Source of the DNA: Squalus acanthias
Lineage: Eukaryota
Assembly (NCBI GenBank): GCA_030390025.1
Contig: CM059432.1
Location: 107,758,001-107,822,000 of the forward strand
DNA: 64,000 bases
Direction of reading: 5' to 3'
Below are positions 63,140-64,000 of this stretch, in pieces. The stretch's first letter is position 1; every line of letters starts with the position of its first letter. The notes beneath the pieces were generated by a model. It was not told where the DNA came from. It worked only from the letters and a program-made list of their open reading frames with translations, and did not search any database. Made by a program: the position numbers and the translations under genes.

Positions 63140-64000
63140 CAAGGTTGGGAACTAAATATTCCAGGATACTTGGCTTTTAGAAGAGATAGGCAGAATGGAA
63201 AAGGAGGGGATAATAAAGGATGGGATAAAGACAGTAGAGAGAAAGAATCTTAGCTCAGAAAAACAAGATGTAGAATCACTTTGGGTGGAGTTAAGATACA
63301 AGGGGCCAAAAACACTGGTGGGAATAGTTTATAGGCCTCCTAACAGTATTTGTAGTGTCGGGCACAGTATAAATCAAGAAATTAGAGGTGCATGTAACAA
63401 GGTAATACAGTAATCATGGGGGTCTTTAATTTTCATTTAGACTGGACAAACCAAATTTGCAGTAATAGTGCAGAGGAAATGGAATGCATTCAATATAGTT
63501 TTCTAGATCAGTCTGTCGAGGAACCAACTAGGGAACAGGCTATTTTAGATCTAGTATTGTGCAATGAGACAGGGTTAATTAATAAGCTTGTGGTAAAGGA
63601 GCCTCTGGGGAGCAGTGATCATAATATGATAGAATTGTATGTTGAGTTTGAGAGTAATTTCGTTAAGTCTGAAACTAAGGTCTTAAATCTGAACAAAGCA
63701 AACCTAGGTATGAGAGGTGAGTTGGCTAAGGTAGGTTGGGAAACTAGATTAAAAGAAATAATGGTAGATAAGCAATGGCAAACATTTAAAGAAATAATTC
63801 ATAATTCACAACGAATATACATTCCCTTAAGGAATAAAAACCCCACAGTAAGAAAAGTCTAACCGTGGCTAACAAGAGAAGTTAAAGATAGTATTAGATC
63901 AAAGGAAGAGGCTTATAATGTTGCCAAAAAGAGCAGTAAGCCTGAGGATTGGGAGGATTTTAGAATTCAGCAAAGGAGGACCAAGAAATTGATAAAGAGA
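63140..64000 (+). mobile_element. Degenerate CR1 ORF2 APE-domain fragment, running off the window
   Basis: ESLWVEL, GIVYRPPNS, LDLVLCNE, GSSDHNMI. Confidence 0.85.

Overview
Eukaryotic, very repeat-dense vertebrate DNA with no host protein-coding gene that I can recognise. The repeat complement (CR1 LINEs, HE1-type V-SINE, Deu-type tRNA-SINEs, hammerhead-bearing Penelope ends, PIF/Harbinger derivatives) points to a cartilaginous fish such as a shark; this is inference. Main contents: (1) a young, structurally complete Ty3/Gypsy LTR retrotransposon with CsRn1-clade hallmarks at 47150-51500 (-), with 239-bp LTRs, CCAT TSD, tRNA-Trp PBS and a single gag-pol frame broken by one TGA; (2) a 3.2-kb CR1 and two long copies of a second APE-RT LINE family; (3) two Harbinger relics with convergent Myb/SANT-like and HARBI1-like genes, one having captured a Penelope RT fragment and one carrying a 259-bp inverted duplication; (4) two multi-kb G-rich minisatellites, both in or against DNA-transposon relics, one split by a 1.3-kb candidate solo LTR; (5) two copies of a chimeric non-autonomous element joining an RTE-like 5' UTR to a Penelope 3' end with a minimal hammerhead ribozyme, which is the best candidate here for an undescribed system; (6) many nested SINE, MITE and CR1 fragments. 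Family names come from recalled motifs, not database searches. Boundaries without TSDs are approximate.
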